NCBI GenBank assembly: GCA_002839855.1
Contig: PGYV01000009.1
Span: forward strand, 7,220 to 71,219
DNA: 64,000 nucleotides
Reading direction: 5' to 3'
DNA from: Candidatus Goldiibacteriota bacterium HGW-Goldbacteria-1
GTDB taxonomy: Bacteria > Oederibacteriota > PGYV01
Shown: positions 8,415-17,974 of the stretch, piece by piece
How the letters are laid out: each line of letters opens with the position of its first letter
Position numbering within the stretch: position 1 is the stretch's first letter
The notes under the pieces: model-generated
What the model saw: the letters and a program-made list of their open reading frames with translations, nothing else
Told to the model about the DNA's origin: nothing
Database searches by the model: none
Program-made: the position numbers and the translations under genes

Positions 8415-10568
8415 CTATTTTCCAAAAAGTTGTTTTATTAATTTTCCACCCTCTTTTTCCATGTACTTTTTGCCTTCTTCTTCGAGCTTTTTAGCAAGGT
8501 TCCTTTTTATATTATCCATCATCCTTGACTGTGAATAGTCGTACTTCTTCTGCGCTGTCGTGTTATATACACGGAAATCAAAAGGCATCCAGCCTTCTTT
8601 ATCATAAGCGTATCCCGCATCTTTTATTCCAAAATTCGCGGCAATATTTGCTTCAAACTGTTTTGCAAGTTTTGGGCTAATATCAGTTTCTGCTTTAAAA
8701 TCAAGAGCCCTGTCCACGGTTATCCATCCCGCGCCTTTCACTTTTATATCGCCTGCTTTTCCGTCAGCGCCTTTATCAAGGCGGAAGTTTTTTATGTCAA
8801 TTTTACCGGAAGCCATATTAAAACTGCCGCCCATAGTGTCAAATTCTATCGCATTTCCAAAATCTGTTATCCCCGTTTTTTTAGCAATATCTTTTCCCAT
8901 TTCCAGCGGCCCCACAAGGCCGTTTGACACATTAAAAAGACCGCTTCCTTTTACAGTATGTAAAACATCTTTAAATGTCACGCCTGAAAATTTTGCATTA
9001 ATGGCGGCTTTGCCCTGAACTTTTCCTTTTAAATCGTCAATAAACGTTTTCTTTGCAGGGTCTTTTCTTGGAAGCACCGCTATCACGTCATCTATAAGGC
9101 GGGTCATCTGTACTTTAGAAGTTATAAAGTCAAATGAGTATGTCTCTTTATTAATGTCAGAAACCGCGCTGCTGTTTATGTTTCCACTGTAAGCGGCAGC
9201 TGAAGCTTCCATATAAAATTTATTATTAACAAGCCTTACATTTGCTATTGTCTTTCCAATTTCTATTTCTTTAAAGGAAATTGCATCGGCTTTAATATTC
9301 AGATAAGCACCGGGTGCCTTTATGGCTTTTTTTGTTTTAGCAGCAGCTGTTTTTGTATTTACTAACTCTTTTTTTACAGCTGACTTTTCTTTTTTTGGTA
9401 TCAATGCCAGCAGGTATTCCACGGCAAGTTTGGGCGAGTATATATCAATATTAAAAACTCCGTTATCCAAGCTTGTAACATTGGTCCCGTTTATCTTTAC
9501 GTTTACATTGTTACCGGCAAGTTTAAAGTCCATGTCTGATTTTAAATTATATGCAGATGTTATTTCTGCCATGCCGTTAAAGTTTTCCACCGCTTTTTTT
9601 CCAAGATACAACACTTCCGCCTTTTCAATAGCGGCTGAATCCGAAAATGTAAATTTACCGTTCATAATAGAAAATTTTATATTATTTTTTACAACTCCGG
9701 AAAGAGTGACATCTTTCAACTTGGAAACAGTTGCTTCGGGCAGTATCTTTATTATACCGGGGATATCAGCAGTAGTTGTAATTTTACCTGTTACATCTTT
9801 AAAATTGGCAAGCTTTATATTCCCTTCACTTACCGTTCCCGCAATTACAAGTTTTCCCACGGCAATATCCGCGTCTTTTGATTTAAGGTCAAGCCTTACC
9901 TGTGATTTTAAATCCACCGGTATGTTATAAGAACCATAAACAGCGGTAAAATCAGATTTAATATCCACCGGAACCGCGGCGCTTAACAGCAGATTGCCTG
10001 TTGAAAAATTAAAATCTTTTAACTGCACGTTTACCGCTTTAACTTTTGAAACATCGGAATATATAAAATTTCCTTTTTTTACCGCCACCCCTGTAACTAT
10101 TATGTTATTAAATAAGGGTTTATCTGATTTTTTATCTTTCTTCAGGTTTTTCTTTTTTGCCGCTTTCTTTTCGCTGTTTAACATATCAGAAAAGTTAAAC
10201 TTACCGTCCGGCTTTTTAATTATTTTGGCGTAGGGTGAAACAAGTTCTATTCTGTTGATAATAAGATCTTTTTTTAGCAGGGCTAAAAGATTATACTTGA
10301 ATACAACACTTTCGGATTTAAGAAAGTTTTCCTTATTAGCGGCTCCGCCCTCTTTTATATAAACATTACTTATCTCTATACCTTTAAAAATATTAAATTT
10401 AAGTTCTCCAAGCCCTATTTCACGTCCCGTAGCTTCAGATGCTTCTTTTATTACAATCTGTTTTATCTTTTCCGGCGGAAACATAATGTAGACAGCTGCC
10501 GTGGCAGCGCCAAGCAATAAGACTATTATTCCTGTAATTATTAACACAACCTTTAAGAATTTTTTCAT
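8415..10568 (-). CDS. AsmA-family outer-membrane biogenesis protein
   Basis: An N-terminal TM anchor is followed by a long beta-rich periplasmic region (717 aa). The N-terminal region resembles the AsmA domain. Confidence 0.7.
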   Translation of the reverse strand: MKKFLKVVLIITGIIVLLLGAATAAVYIMFPPEKIKQIVIKEASEATGREIGLGELKFNIFKGIEISNVYIKEGGAANKENFLKSESVVFKYNLLALLKKDLIINRIELVSPYAKIIKKPDGKFNFSDMLNSEKKAAKKKNLKKDKKSDKPLFNNIIVTGVAVKKGNFIYSDVSKVKAVNVQLKDFNFSTGNLLLSAAVPVDIKSDFTAVYGSYNIPVDLKSQVRLDLKSKDADIAVGKLVIAGTVSEGNIKLANFKDVTGKITTTADIPGIIKILPEATVSKLKDVTLSGVVKNNIKFSIMNGKFTFSDSAAIEKAEVLYLGKKAVENFNGMAEITSAYNLKSDMDFKLAGNNVNVKINGTNVTSLDNGVFNIDIYSPKLAVEYLLALIPKKEKSAVKKELVNTKTAAAKTKKAIKAPGAYLNIKADAISFKEIEIGKTIANVRLVNNKFYMEASAAAYSGNINSSAVSDINKETYSFDFITSKVQMTRLIDDVIAVLPRKDPAKKTFIDDLKGKVQGKAAINAKFSGVTFKDVLHTVKGSGLFNVSNGLVGPLEMGKDIAKKTGITDFGNAIEFDTMGGSFNMASGKIDIKNFRLDKGADGKAGDIKVKGAGWITVDRALDFKAETDISPKLAKQFEANIAANFGIKDAGYAYDKEGWMPFDFRVYNTTAQKKYDYSQSRMMDNIKRNLAKKLEEEGKKYMEKEGGKLIKQLFGK

Positions 10569-10655
10569 TGTATTACCTCCTTACATTTGACGTCATTTTA
10601 GCAGAAAGGGTTGCATAATGCATATACAAAACTTATATATTCAGTTTTATACCCT

Positions 10656-10701
10656 ATAAAAACAAAATGGCCGGCGGGGCCTCACAGGGCCCGCGCCGGC
10701 C
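10656..10701 (-). terminator. GC-rich hairpin terminator downstream of the 4-helix-bundle gene
   Basis: GGCCGGCGGGGCC-TCACAG-GGCCCGCGCCGGCC. On the minus strand it is followed by a T-rich run. Confidence 0.65.
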
Positions 10702-10776
10702 GGAAAACAAAGGGCGTCAATAAACGGTTTATGGTTTTTGCCTTAAACCGTGATATATGCTAATGGGGTAACATTA

Positions 10777-11190
10777 TTATACAGCCGCCTTTAAGTTTTC
10801 CTTTTTGTTTTTATCTTTATAAGCGGTGAATTTTTCCCGCGTGGACTTTATTGCAGAACCGCAGATCTGGGAAATTGCACCAGCTTCTTTTACCAGTTCA
10901 TTAAACAAACCTTCCTTTTCAAGCCCGGCAAGCTGCAGGACTTCCATAAGATGCTTTGCCTCGTTTGAAAGCCTTTCTGTTTCTTCTAATCTTGAAAGAA
11001 AATCTTTTCCGGAACTGCTTTTACACGCCGCCCTGTAACTTGCGCCGGCCAAAGACGCGCATCTGACAATCATTTCTCCCAGAATGTCTGCCTCTGTCTT
11101 GTCCGGAAGTTTCGCGCACGCTGTTGCCGCGTCTGCCCCAAATTTCAAAGTCCTTTCACACATTTCTTTGCTGAACTGTTCTTTTTCCAT
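10777..11190 (-). CDS. four-helix-bundle protein (TIGR02436 / 23S rRNA IVS-like family), last gene of the SOS operon
   Basis: Its C-terminal half resembles the family consensus (SGKDFLSRLEETERLSNEAKHLMEVLQLAGL). It is 137 aa and all-helical. Confidence 0.5.
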   Translation of the reverse strand: MEKEQFSKEMCERTLKFGADAATACAKLPDKTEADILGEMIVRCASLAGASYRAACKSSSGKDFLSRLEETERLSNEAKHLMEVLQLAGLEKEGLFNELVKEAGAISQICGSAIKSTREKFTAYKDKNKKENLKAAV

Positions 11191-11238
11191 AGCTCTACCC
11201 CTCTTTTTTCGGGACTCCCTGTCCCATAAATTTAAAAC

Positions 11239-12378
11239 CTATTTCTTTTTTGCCCCTTTTTTAGGTTTTTCAGTTTCTTCCGCTTTTACTTCTTCAGTGC
11301 CTTCCAAGTCTTCTAAATCATCTTCTTCCTCTTCTTCAACCGGCTCCGGCGCCTGGCCTGCCGCTTTTGCAAAGAACTTTTCTTTTGTTTCTTCTTCTAT
11401 AGTTGTGGTAATTTCCGGATGTGCCGTCAGATAATTAACTGAATTTTCTTTGCCCTGCCCGATTTTTTCACCTTTGTATATGTACCAGCTTCCGCTTTTT
11501 TCCACCACTCCAAAATCTACAGCAGCTTCCAGCGTGGCAGGCTCCCTTAAAATTCCCTTGCCAAAGATGATGTCAAAGAAGGCTTCCCTGAAAGGGGGCG
11601 CGACTTTGTTTTTTACAATTTTTGCTTTTACCCTGTTGCCCACCATTTCTTCGCCCTTCTTTATTGTTTCCACCCTTCTAATATCTATTCTGATGGATGA
11701 GTAAAACTTAAGCGCGCGTCCGCCCGGTGTGGTTTCCGGATTGCCAAACATAACGCCTATTTTTTCCCTTATCTGGTTAATGAAAATGACGATACACTTT
11801 GATTTATTTATTATGCCCGTCAATTTTCTCATTGCCTGTGACATAAGGCGTGCCTGAAGCCCCATATGGCTGTCGCCCATATCGCCTTCAATTTCGGCTT
11901 TAGGTACAAGGGCTGCCACAGAGTCCACTACAATTATGTCAACAGCGCCGCTTCTTACAAGTTTTTCAACAATTTCAAGCCCCTGTTCCCCGGTATCCGG
12001 CTGGGAGATAAGAAGTTCGCCCACATCAACGCCCACTTTAGCCGCGTATTCCGCGTCCATGGCGTTTTCCGCGTCCACATAAGCGGCCACGCCGCCAAGT
12101 TTCTGCGCCTGCGCCACGATGTTAAGCGCAAGTGTGGATTTACCGGAAGATTCCGGCCCGAATACTTCAATTATTCTTCCCTTGGGTATACCGCCTCCAC
12201 CAAGCGCTAAATCTAAAGATAAAGCCCCGGTAGGTATTGATTCTATCTTTCCTGTCTGTGTCTGTCCCAGTTTCATAATGGACCCCTTGCCGAATTCCTT
12301 TTCAATCTGCGCTATTGCAAGGCTTAACGCTTTTTTCTTTTCACTTTTACTTTCTTCCCTTTTGCTCTCTTCGCTCAT
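11239..12378 (-). CDS. recA: recombinase RecA
   Basis: Walker [10 protein letters not shown] is present. L1/L2 loops are conserved. The acidic C-terminal tail is present. Confidence 0.95.
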   Translation of the reverse strand: MSEESKREESKSEKKKALSLAIAQIEKEFGKGSIMKLGQTQTGKIESIPTGALSLDLALGGGGIPKGRIIEVFGPESSGKSTLALNIVAQAQKLGGVAAYVDAENAMDAEYAAKVGVDVGELLISQPDTGEQGLEIVEKLVRSGAVDIIVVDSVAALVPKAEIEGDMGDSHMGLQARLMSQAMRKLTGIINKSKCIVIFINQIREKIGVMFGNPETTPGGRALKFYSSIRIDIRRVETIKKGEEMVGNRVKAKIVKNKVAPPFREAFFDIIFGKGILREPATLEAAVDFGVVEKSGSWYIYKGEKIGQGKENSVNYLTAHPEITTTIEEETKEKFFAKAAGQAPEPVEEEEEDDLEDLEGTEEVKAEETEKPKKGAKKK

Positions 12379-12470
12379 TTCTGTTGCCTCCCTTTGTTTT
12401 CCTCTATGTTTTTTTGTACTGCGCCCTTTGTTTCCTTCTTGCCGGATAATTCTGCCGCTTTCCTATTATA

Positions 12471-12746
12471 TTAATTCAGATACTCGTTTAAGTTTCTGCC
12501 GTTCACGAATATTTCCGCCACAAGGTCTTTTCCCTTCACCTTTACAACCTTTCCAACATGTATTCTTTTTCCAAGCACAAGCGCGGTTAACATCTTTACG
12601 GCTTTTTCATAACCCGGATTGCCCTTTCTTGGCCCGTGATAATTGGCAAGCCTTATAAAAGCGCCGCTTCTGCTTCCCATTTTCCACCCGTACATTACCC
12701 TAAACGCGTCCACTTCACTTACAGCACTTACAATAAATGGCGACAT
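12471..12746 (-). CDS. hypothetical small protein (91 aa) between lexA and recA; weak resemblance to the C-terminal strand region of thermonuclease (SNase) fold
   Basis: The ORF lies in the operon. Only a VAEIFVNGRNLNEYL-like segment is reminiscent of SNase. Confidence 0.35.
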   Translation of the reverse strand: MSPFIVSAVSEVDAFRVMYGWKMGSRSGAFIRLANYHGPRKGNPGYEKAVKMLTALVLGKRIHVGKVVKVKGKDLVAEIFVNGRNLNEYLN

Positions 12747-12761
12747 ATTTTCATCCTCCTG

Positions 12762-13397
12762 TTATAGTCCCGGTATGGTTGTGACAACAATTCCCTGTAT
12801 CATGAAATCATTTGTCAGTATTATCGGTTTGTGTTTAAGGTTGCTTGATTTTGGTTTTAAAAGGACCATATCCCCGCTTTTGTTGAATTCCTTTATTGTG
12901 GCTTCGTCGTCAATAAGCGCCACCACAATTTCTTTGTTGCGGGCAGTGCCCTGCTGCCTTACAAGCACAGCGTCCCCGTCGTTGATTCCGGCAAGGTTCA
13001 TGGAATCGCCCTTTGCGCGCAGCATGTAATACCTGTATGGCGGCGACGCAATGCGCGTGGACACCGGTATCATCTGTTCTATGTTCTCTTCCGCCAGAAT
13101 GGGCGAACCGCACGCCACCTGCCCCACAAGCGGCACTTCAACGGTCTGGACCCTGCTTTCATCACCGGAAAAGTTTTCAATGATCTGCAGGCCGCCTTCC
13201 GCGTTTCTTCTTACATAGCCCTTTGCCGCGAGTTTTTTAATAAGCTCCGCGGTTGACCGCGGCGACTTATAACCAAGCTCCTCCATAAGCTCTCTCACGC
13301 TTGGGCTGTGCCCCTTCATCAGGGTGTTTCTTACAGCCTTAATCAACTCTGTTTCCTTTGAACTAAGTGTATGTTTCTTCATGGCACAAGTATACAC
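12762..13397 (-). CDS. lexA: LexA repressor (S24 peptidase)
   Basis: It has an N-terminal wHTH. The cleavage-site region reads VPLVGQVACG (the A-G scissile dipeptide context). The S24 Ser/Lys motifs are present as GDSM ... KEF-like. The track start is GTG at 13397, and an in-frame ATG at 13382 is also possible. Confidence 0.9.
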   Translation of the reverse strand: MYTCAMKKHTLSSKETELIKAVRNTLMKGHSPSVRELMEELGYKSPRSTAELIKKLAAKGYVRRNAEGGLQIIENFSGDESRVQTVEVPLVGQVACGSPILAEENIEQMIPVSTRIASPPYRYYMLRAKGDSMNLAGINDGDAVLVRQQGTARNKEIVVALIDDEATIKEFNKSGDMVLLKPKSSNLKHKPIILTNDFMIQGIVVTTIPGL

Positions 13398-13415
13398 AAT
13401 GTATACATTTGTGTC
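13395..13415. promoter_or_regulatory. candidate SOS/LexA operator (imperfect palindrome ACACAATGTATACATTTGTGT) overlapping the lexA start
   Basis: ACACAATGTAT // ATACATTTGTGT are near-inverse complements, placed at the lexA translation start. The LexA-box identity for this lineage is unknown. Confidence 0.35.
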
Positions 13416-13683
13416 AACAAAAATATACAGGTTATTTTAATTATTTTTATAGGGTATTTTTGTTAATTTGAATATGTTATTAATCACTTAAAAAAACCGG
13501 TTTATTTTAAAACCGTCATATTGCCTCTTTCTGCGCATCAAGTGGATAATAAAACCAGGATCCGGATCTGATTTCAGCATTTAACCCATTTTTTAATCGC
13601 AATAAATATAACACCTGATTTTAAGTTTTTTCAATAATTGCGCATATACATGCATCCCAAACAAATACTTGTTCAAACCGCTT

Positions 13684-13713
13684 GACAATTGTAATATTTA
13701 TATTACAATTGTC
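13684..13713. promoter_or_regulatory. 30-bp perfect palindromic operator overlapping a TTGACA -35 box, upstream of the nucleotidyltransferase/HEPN operon
   Basis: GACAATTGTAATAT-TT-ATATTACAATTGTC has 14-bp perfect arms. TTGACA is at 13682-13687. An RBS AGGTGG precedes the ATG at 13738. Confidence 0.75.
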
Positions 13714-13737
13714 ATATAAATCAAATATAGGTGGATT

Positions 13738-14355
13738 ATGAAACTAAACAGCAGCCTTTCAGAATTATTTAATACACAGTCAAAAATTACACTTATTAAT
13801 TATATACTTACATCCGGATTCAACATGACAGGCAGGGAACTTTCGCGTGTATCCGGAATTTCCCATTCACAGGTAATTCTTATATTAAAAATATTTGAAT
13901 CATATAATCTGGTACTTGGAAGGCGTGCCGGAAAATCAGTTGTATGGAGCGCAAAACCCGGCAGCTATGCATTCAAATCTTTAGTTCGCATCTTTAAAAA
14001 CAGTGAATTGCTGAATCCCGTTTCTGATTTAATAAAGCGGCTTCAGCAGTGGAGCCTGAATAACAGCAGCCTTATATACAAATCTATATTATTTGGGTCT
14101 GTATCATCAGGTTCTGAAAGATTATCAAGTGATATTGACTTTTATGTCCTTGCCGTTTCAACAGAAGCAAAAGACAAAACCTTAAAACAACTTGAAGAAT
14201 TATCCTTATCATTTGTTTACTTATACGGCAATACACTTAGCCCATACATATTGACCAAAAAAGAACGGTCAGCCATAAAAAATAAAGCATTATTAAAAAA
14301 CATAGACGGGGGGATAGTTATTTATGACAAGGAAGGTAAAAACAAAAGAAGTTGA
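13738..14355 (+). CDS. nucleotidyltransferase-domain protein with N-terminal wHTH (MntA-like antitoxin)
   Basis: The minimal NTase motif LFGSVSSGS...DIDF is present. An N-terminal HTH region is present. It overlaps the downstream HEPN gene by 32 nt. Confidence 0.75.
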   Translation: MKLNSSLSELFNTQSKITLINYILTSGFNMTGRELSRVSGISHSQVILILKIFESYNLVLGRRAGKSVVWSAKPGSYAFKSLVRIFKNSELLNPVSDLIKRLQQWSLNNSSLIYKSILFGSVSSGSERLSSDIDFYVLAVSTEAKDKTLKQLEELSLSFVYLYGNTLSPYILTKKERSAIKNKALLKNIDGGIVIYDKEGKNKRS

Positions 14356-14743
14356 AAAACATTTTTATATTAACTACCTGAAAAAGGCTTTTGAAAACTG
14401 TGATTCAGCCGGGAATGCTTTAAAAGAAAAAGCTTTCAACGCAGCGGCCGTAAGCGCTGTTCATTCAGCCATATCTTCAGCAGACACCTTATGTGTTTAT
14501 GGACTTGGCAAAAGATGCGCTTCAGAAGACCACAAGGACGTTATTTCATTAATTATGGATTCTTCACATGCAAAAAAAGAAAATTCCGAAATTGTTAAAC
14601 TTTTTGATACAATAATCAAAATGAAGAATATGGCGGAATATGAAGAACGCCTTATTAAACCCGGAGAAGCAGAAAAAGCCGTTTCTATAGCAACAGATTT
14701 GCTTAACCTTGTCATACTACAACTGCCAAAACAGCAGCAATAA
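14324..14743 (+). CDS. HEPN-domain protein (HepT-like toxin)
   Basis: The Rx4-6H motif is present (GKRCASEDH). It is all-helical and 139 aa. It is translationally coupled to the NTase gene. Confidence 0.7.
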   Translation: MTRKVKTKEVEKHFYINYLKKAFENCDSAGNALKEKAFNAAAVSAVHSAISSADTLCVYGLGKRCASEDHKDVISLIMDSSHAKKENSEIVKLFDTIIKMKNMAEYEERLIKPGEAEKAVSIATDLLNLVILQLPKQQQ

Positions 14744-14788
14744 AGTCACAAACCGGTACTTAGCCATATATTTTGCAGAAACAAATAA

Positions 14789-15409
14789 TTACAGGTATTT
14801 TACCACCACATCAAGTTCGTGTTTGGAAGGCTGAACGCCCGGCTTGGCCGGATAGCCGATTGGAATAATTGCCACAAATTCGCCTTCGGGCTCCCCAAGA
14901 AAACCAAGCACATCCTTCTGCATTAAAGCAAGCACGCCAAGCCACACAGTGCCCAGCCCCAGCGATGTTGCGGCAATCAGCATGTTCTGCACGCTGGCCG
15001 CGGAGCTTTGAACCTCCATTATCCTGAAAAAGTCGTGCGCTGTTTCTTTATCAATTTTAAAAAGCTCTGTACCTCTTCTAATCAGTTCGCCTGTGTTCAT
15101 TACACCCACCACTACCGGCGCGTTTATAATGCTGCGCGACGCCATCCTTAGAAGCACGGCGGAAGGCTTGGGAAAATTTGATGAACGTTCGGCCACCATT
15201 GCCGCAAGGTCGTTTTTTGCCTTATCTTTTAGAACAATAAATTTCCACGACTGCTGATTGTGGGCGGACGGCGCCTGATGAGCCGCGTGAAGTATTGTTA
15301 ACAGGTCATCATCACTGATATTCTTATCTAAAAACGTGCGTATGCTTCTTCTGTCCCTTATACTGCGCAGAGTTTCATTCCTATCAAGGTATTGATTTGA
15401 ATTTTGCAT
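14789..15409 (-). CDS. nitroreductase family protein
   Basis: The nitroreductase fold signature is present (RRSIRTF... LGTVWLG). Confidence 0.8.
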   Translation of the reverse strand: MQNSNQYLDRNETLRSIRDRRSIRTFLDKNISDDDLLTILHAAHQAPSAHNQQSWKFIVLKDKAKNDLAAMVAERSSNFPKPSAVLLRMASRSIINAPVVVGVMNTGELIRRGTELFKIDKETAHDFFRIMEVQSSAASVQNMLIAATSLGLGTVWLGVLALMQKDVLGFLGEPEGEFVAIIPIGYPAKPGVQPSKHELDVVVKYL

Positions 15410-15431
15410 TATTACCTCCTGAAATTTTGTT

Positions 15432-16196
15432 TTAAAACCCTATACCTGCCCTGAAAACTGTACGTTCTACCTTGTAATCTATCAGCCTTTCCCCATATCC
15501 ATGAAAAAACTGCAGAACTACAACCGGAAGAAACTGTTTCATGATAAACAAATTTCCGCGAAACGTTATTTCCTGCCCGCCTTTTAAAAGATCAACAGAT
15601 GACGGGCCGCCCGGGTATAACCTTATTGTAATGTCACTTCTGTCAAAAAATACTTTTGCAATATTATTTATAATAACCTGCAGTTCAAACGTGCCCCTGT
15701 AACGCTGCAAGTCAGGAGAAGTGGGGTCAGGCACATATGGATACCACACTTTAAATGTCCAGTGCAGCTCGTTCTCCTGCCCTATAAACATACCGTCTGT
15801 GTATCGCAGATAAAGTTTGTTCCAACTGCGCGAATCTTCACCCTGCATCCCGTTAGATTCATGGTCTAAAAGCCCTATGTCAAGCCAGGCAGAACGTTTG
15901 TTTTCAACAACTATCCTGAAAAACATGTCAGGGTTGTAATTAACGTCATACATGGGATGCGAATCTTCCCAAAGCCCCCAGTACATCTGCTGCGTGTAGG
16001 CGACAAAAAGCCCGCCATCCTGAACAGCGCGGAATTTTGTGCTTATCTGCATTTTGGAATCAGGCACGCCCAATATAAAATAATTTGAATTATAACCTTC
16101 CCCGGGCCAGTGCGGCGGATTGAATTCATTGGAATAGGAATATGCCGTCACAGGCAATAAAAGCATTATCAATATTTTCAGTATCTTCATGTTCAC
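15432..16196 (-). CDS. pldA: outer-membrane phospholipase A (OMPLA/PldA family)
   Basis: A signal peptide is present. The catalytic HxSNG motif is present (LDHESNG). The product is beta-barrel rich. Confidence 0.7.
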   Translation of the reverse strand: MNMKILKILIMLLLPVTAYSYSNEFNPPHWPGEGYNSNYFILGVPDSKMQISTKFRAVQDGGLFVAYTQQMYWGLWEDSHPMYDVNYNPDMFFRIVVENKRSAWLDIGLLDHESNGMQGEDSRSWNKLYLRYTDGMFIGQENELHWTFKVWYPYVPDPTSPDLQRYRGTFELQVIINNIAKVFFDRSDITIRLYPGGPSSVDLLKGGQEITFRGNLFIMKQFLPVVVLQFFHGYGERLIDYKVERTVFRAGIGF

Positions 16197-16265
16197 CGTC
16201 GTTTTTAAAACATTATACGCCCGTGCAGCGGCCTTTTCAAGGCACAGCTTTTATTTATAAATCCG

Positions 16266-16580
16266 TCATCCATGAATTGCGTGGCGCGGTTTTCTTAAAT
16301 CTTTTACAGTCCGGCACACGCTTTTCTTGTGCTTTGCCCACATCCCAAAAGCCGGATCTTCCAAAAGATTATATACCCCTTCCGGCACTAAATTAATAGG
16401 ATATATAACACCCTTTTCTTTTCCCCTGTGGGTAAGTATCACTTTTTCTTTTTTATCCATAGCGGATAAAATTAATTTCATTTTTCTTTTAACATTAAAA
16501 AAAGATACTTTCATTTTTTCTCCTTTAAGAAACCTGTAAAACTCCGGCAGATAAATTGAATATATAATTGTGTTTTTCAA
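16266..16580 (-). CDS. possible Phd/YefM-like antitoxin (orphan)
   Basis: The segment KVILTHRGKEKGVIYPI resembles the Phd/YefM V-ITRRGKP-AVLVP core. No toxin partner is seen. The start is probably the internal MKVSFF. Confidence 0.3.
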   Translation of the reverse strand: MKNTIIYSIYLPEFYRFLKGEKMKVSFFNVKRKMKLILSAMDKKEKVILTHRGKEKGVIYPINLVPEGVYNLLEDPAFGMWAKHKKSVCRTVKDLRKPRHAIHG

Positions 16581-16661
16581 CTTCTACCTGCGCTTTGTAC
16601 CTGAATTCAATCCCTCCACATTCCCCTGATAAACCTATTTTCTTCTATTTCATTAAATATC

Positions 16662-17171
16662 TTATTTAAATCCATATTTTTTTACACTTTCATCTTTTGG
16701 TTTTTCTATCATTCTTCTTAAAGTTTCAAAAATTGCGTATATGTTTTTTTCACCTTTTTCCATTCTCACTTCAATTTCCCTTATCTTTTTAAGAATCTCT
16801 TTATGTGATTCTATCATCTGCCTTAATTTCACAAATGTCCTCATAATAAGTATGTTTACCTGTACTGCCCTTTTGCTCCGAAGAATTCCGGACAACATAG
16901 CAACACCCTGTTCCGTGAATGCCCTTGGAAGTTTTCTTGTTCCTCCCCAACTTGATGTTCCAAAATGGAACTTCAAGTTTTGGAATTCTTCCTCTTTCAG
17001 TACAAACATAAAATCTTCCGGAAACCTATCAAGATTTCTTGATACAGCCTTATTTAGATTTTTAGTACTTACGCCATATAAGGATGCAATATCCTTATCC
17101 AAAATTACTTTATGCGAACGTATTACAAGTATTTTACTCTCTATCATTTCAACCGGAACAAGAGAATTCAT
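16662..17171 (-). CDS. ORF6N-domain (KilA-N-related, phage anti-repressor-like) protein
   Basis: N-terminal similarity to ORF6N domain proteins (ILVIRSHKVILDKDIASLYGVSTKNLNKAVSRN). Confidence 0.6.
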   Translation of the reverse strand: MNSLVPVEMIESKILVIRSHKVILDKDIASLYGVSTKNLNKAVSRNLDRFPEDFMFVLKEEEFQNLKFHFGTSSWGGTRKLPRAFTEQGVAMLSGILRSKRAVQVNILIMRTFVKLRQMIESHKEILKKIREIEVRMEKGEKNIYAIFETLRRMIEKPKDESVKKYGFK

Positions 17172-17305
17172 TGAATATAACCGAAAAAAAACAAGGACAT
17201 AATTTTATTCATAATACCCCTCTATGAGTTTTTATGAGATTTAAATACTTTGTAAGTATAATTCAGACTCTATTTTTGTCAATTAAAAAAAATACTTTTA
17301 ATATT

Positions 17306-17878
17306 TCATACGAATTTTCTTAATTTTAAACAGTAATTCTTTTTTGCTGCGGTTACATCAAGAACTTCATGCATTACTTTTGCCCTTTCTTTTATATCCA
17401 TCCCAGCGGAGTCATTTTTTGCCTTAACAATTACCTGCCGTAATTCTTCCGCAGTCATAACGGTGGCCGCGATACAGTAATAACTTTTAGAGCGGCCTTC
17501 ATTAAAATCATTCAGCATTTCTTTCAACAGTTTTTCTTTTACTTTCTGTCCCTTAATAAACTCTTTAACACCGTATTTTTGAACAAAAGCAATATCACCC
17601 TCAAGTGTCTGATAGCATTTAAAAGAGTCGTGCTTTTTCCCGGCTTCCCTGTGTTTTTTCCATTTACCGCACGTTTTATTTTCTTCACAATCCCAGCAGA
17701 ATTCAATCCCTTTATTTTTTACAGCACAGGTGATAAACGGGCATCCCGCGGACATTCTATAAGCGCTTTTACACCCCGGGCATCTGCTTTTTGCGTCTGT
17801 GTGATAATTGGGGCAAAGCCTGCACGATAACCCGCATATCCCCATTTCAGGATGTTTTATTTTCATAACATATCCCAT
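17306..17878 (-). CDS. Cys-rich DUF3795-like protein
   Basis: N-terminal cysteine cluster CGLSCRLCPNY...CPGCKS...CPFITC...CWDCEE. Confidence 0.45.
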   Translation of the reverse strand: MGYVMKIKHPEMGICGLSCRLCPNYHTDAKSRCPGCKSAYRMSAGCPFITCAVKNKGIEFCWDCEENKTCGKWKKHREAGKKHDSFKCYQTLEGDIAFVQKYGVKEFIKGQKVKEKLLKEMLNDFNEGRSKSYYCIAATVMTAEELRQVIVKAKNDSAGMDIKERAKVMHEVLDVTAAKKNYCLKLRKFV

Positions 17879-17923
17879 AATGAATTTTTAATTCCCGATA
17901 ACCGCTCCCGTTTAAAAACTAAA

Positions 17924-17950
17924 CCCGCGGGCTGAAGACCCGCGTCTACC
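17924..17950. repeat. GGTAG-hairpin repeat unit (reverse orientation): CCCGCGGGCTGAAGACCCGCGTCTACC
   Basis: It matches the units at 52236, 52338, 53254 and 63744. Confidence 0.75.
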
Positions 17951-17974
17951 ACTGCAAATTCAACTAATCAAAGC

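Noticed and set aside
11866-12658. Plus-strand ORFs (114, 179 aa and others) overlapping recA
   Set aside because: They are antisense to a highly conserved gene. Their low-complexity Ser/Pro/Leu-rich translations are typical of shadow ORFs. No RBS is present.
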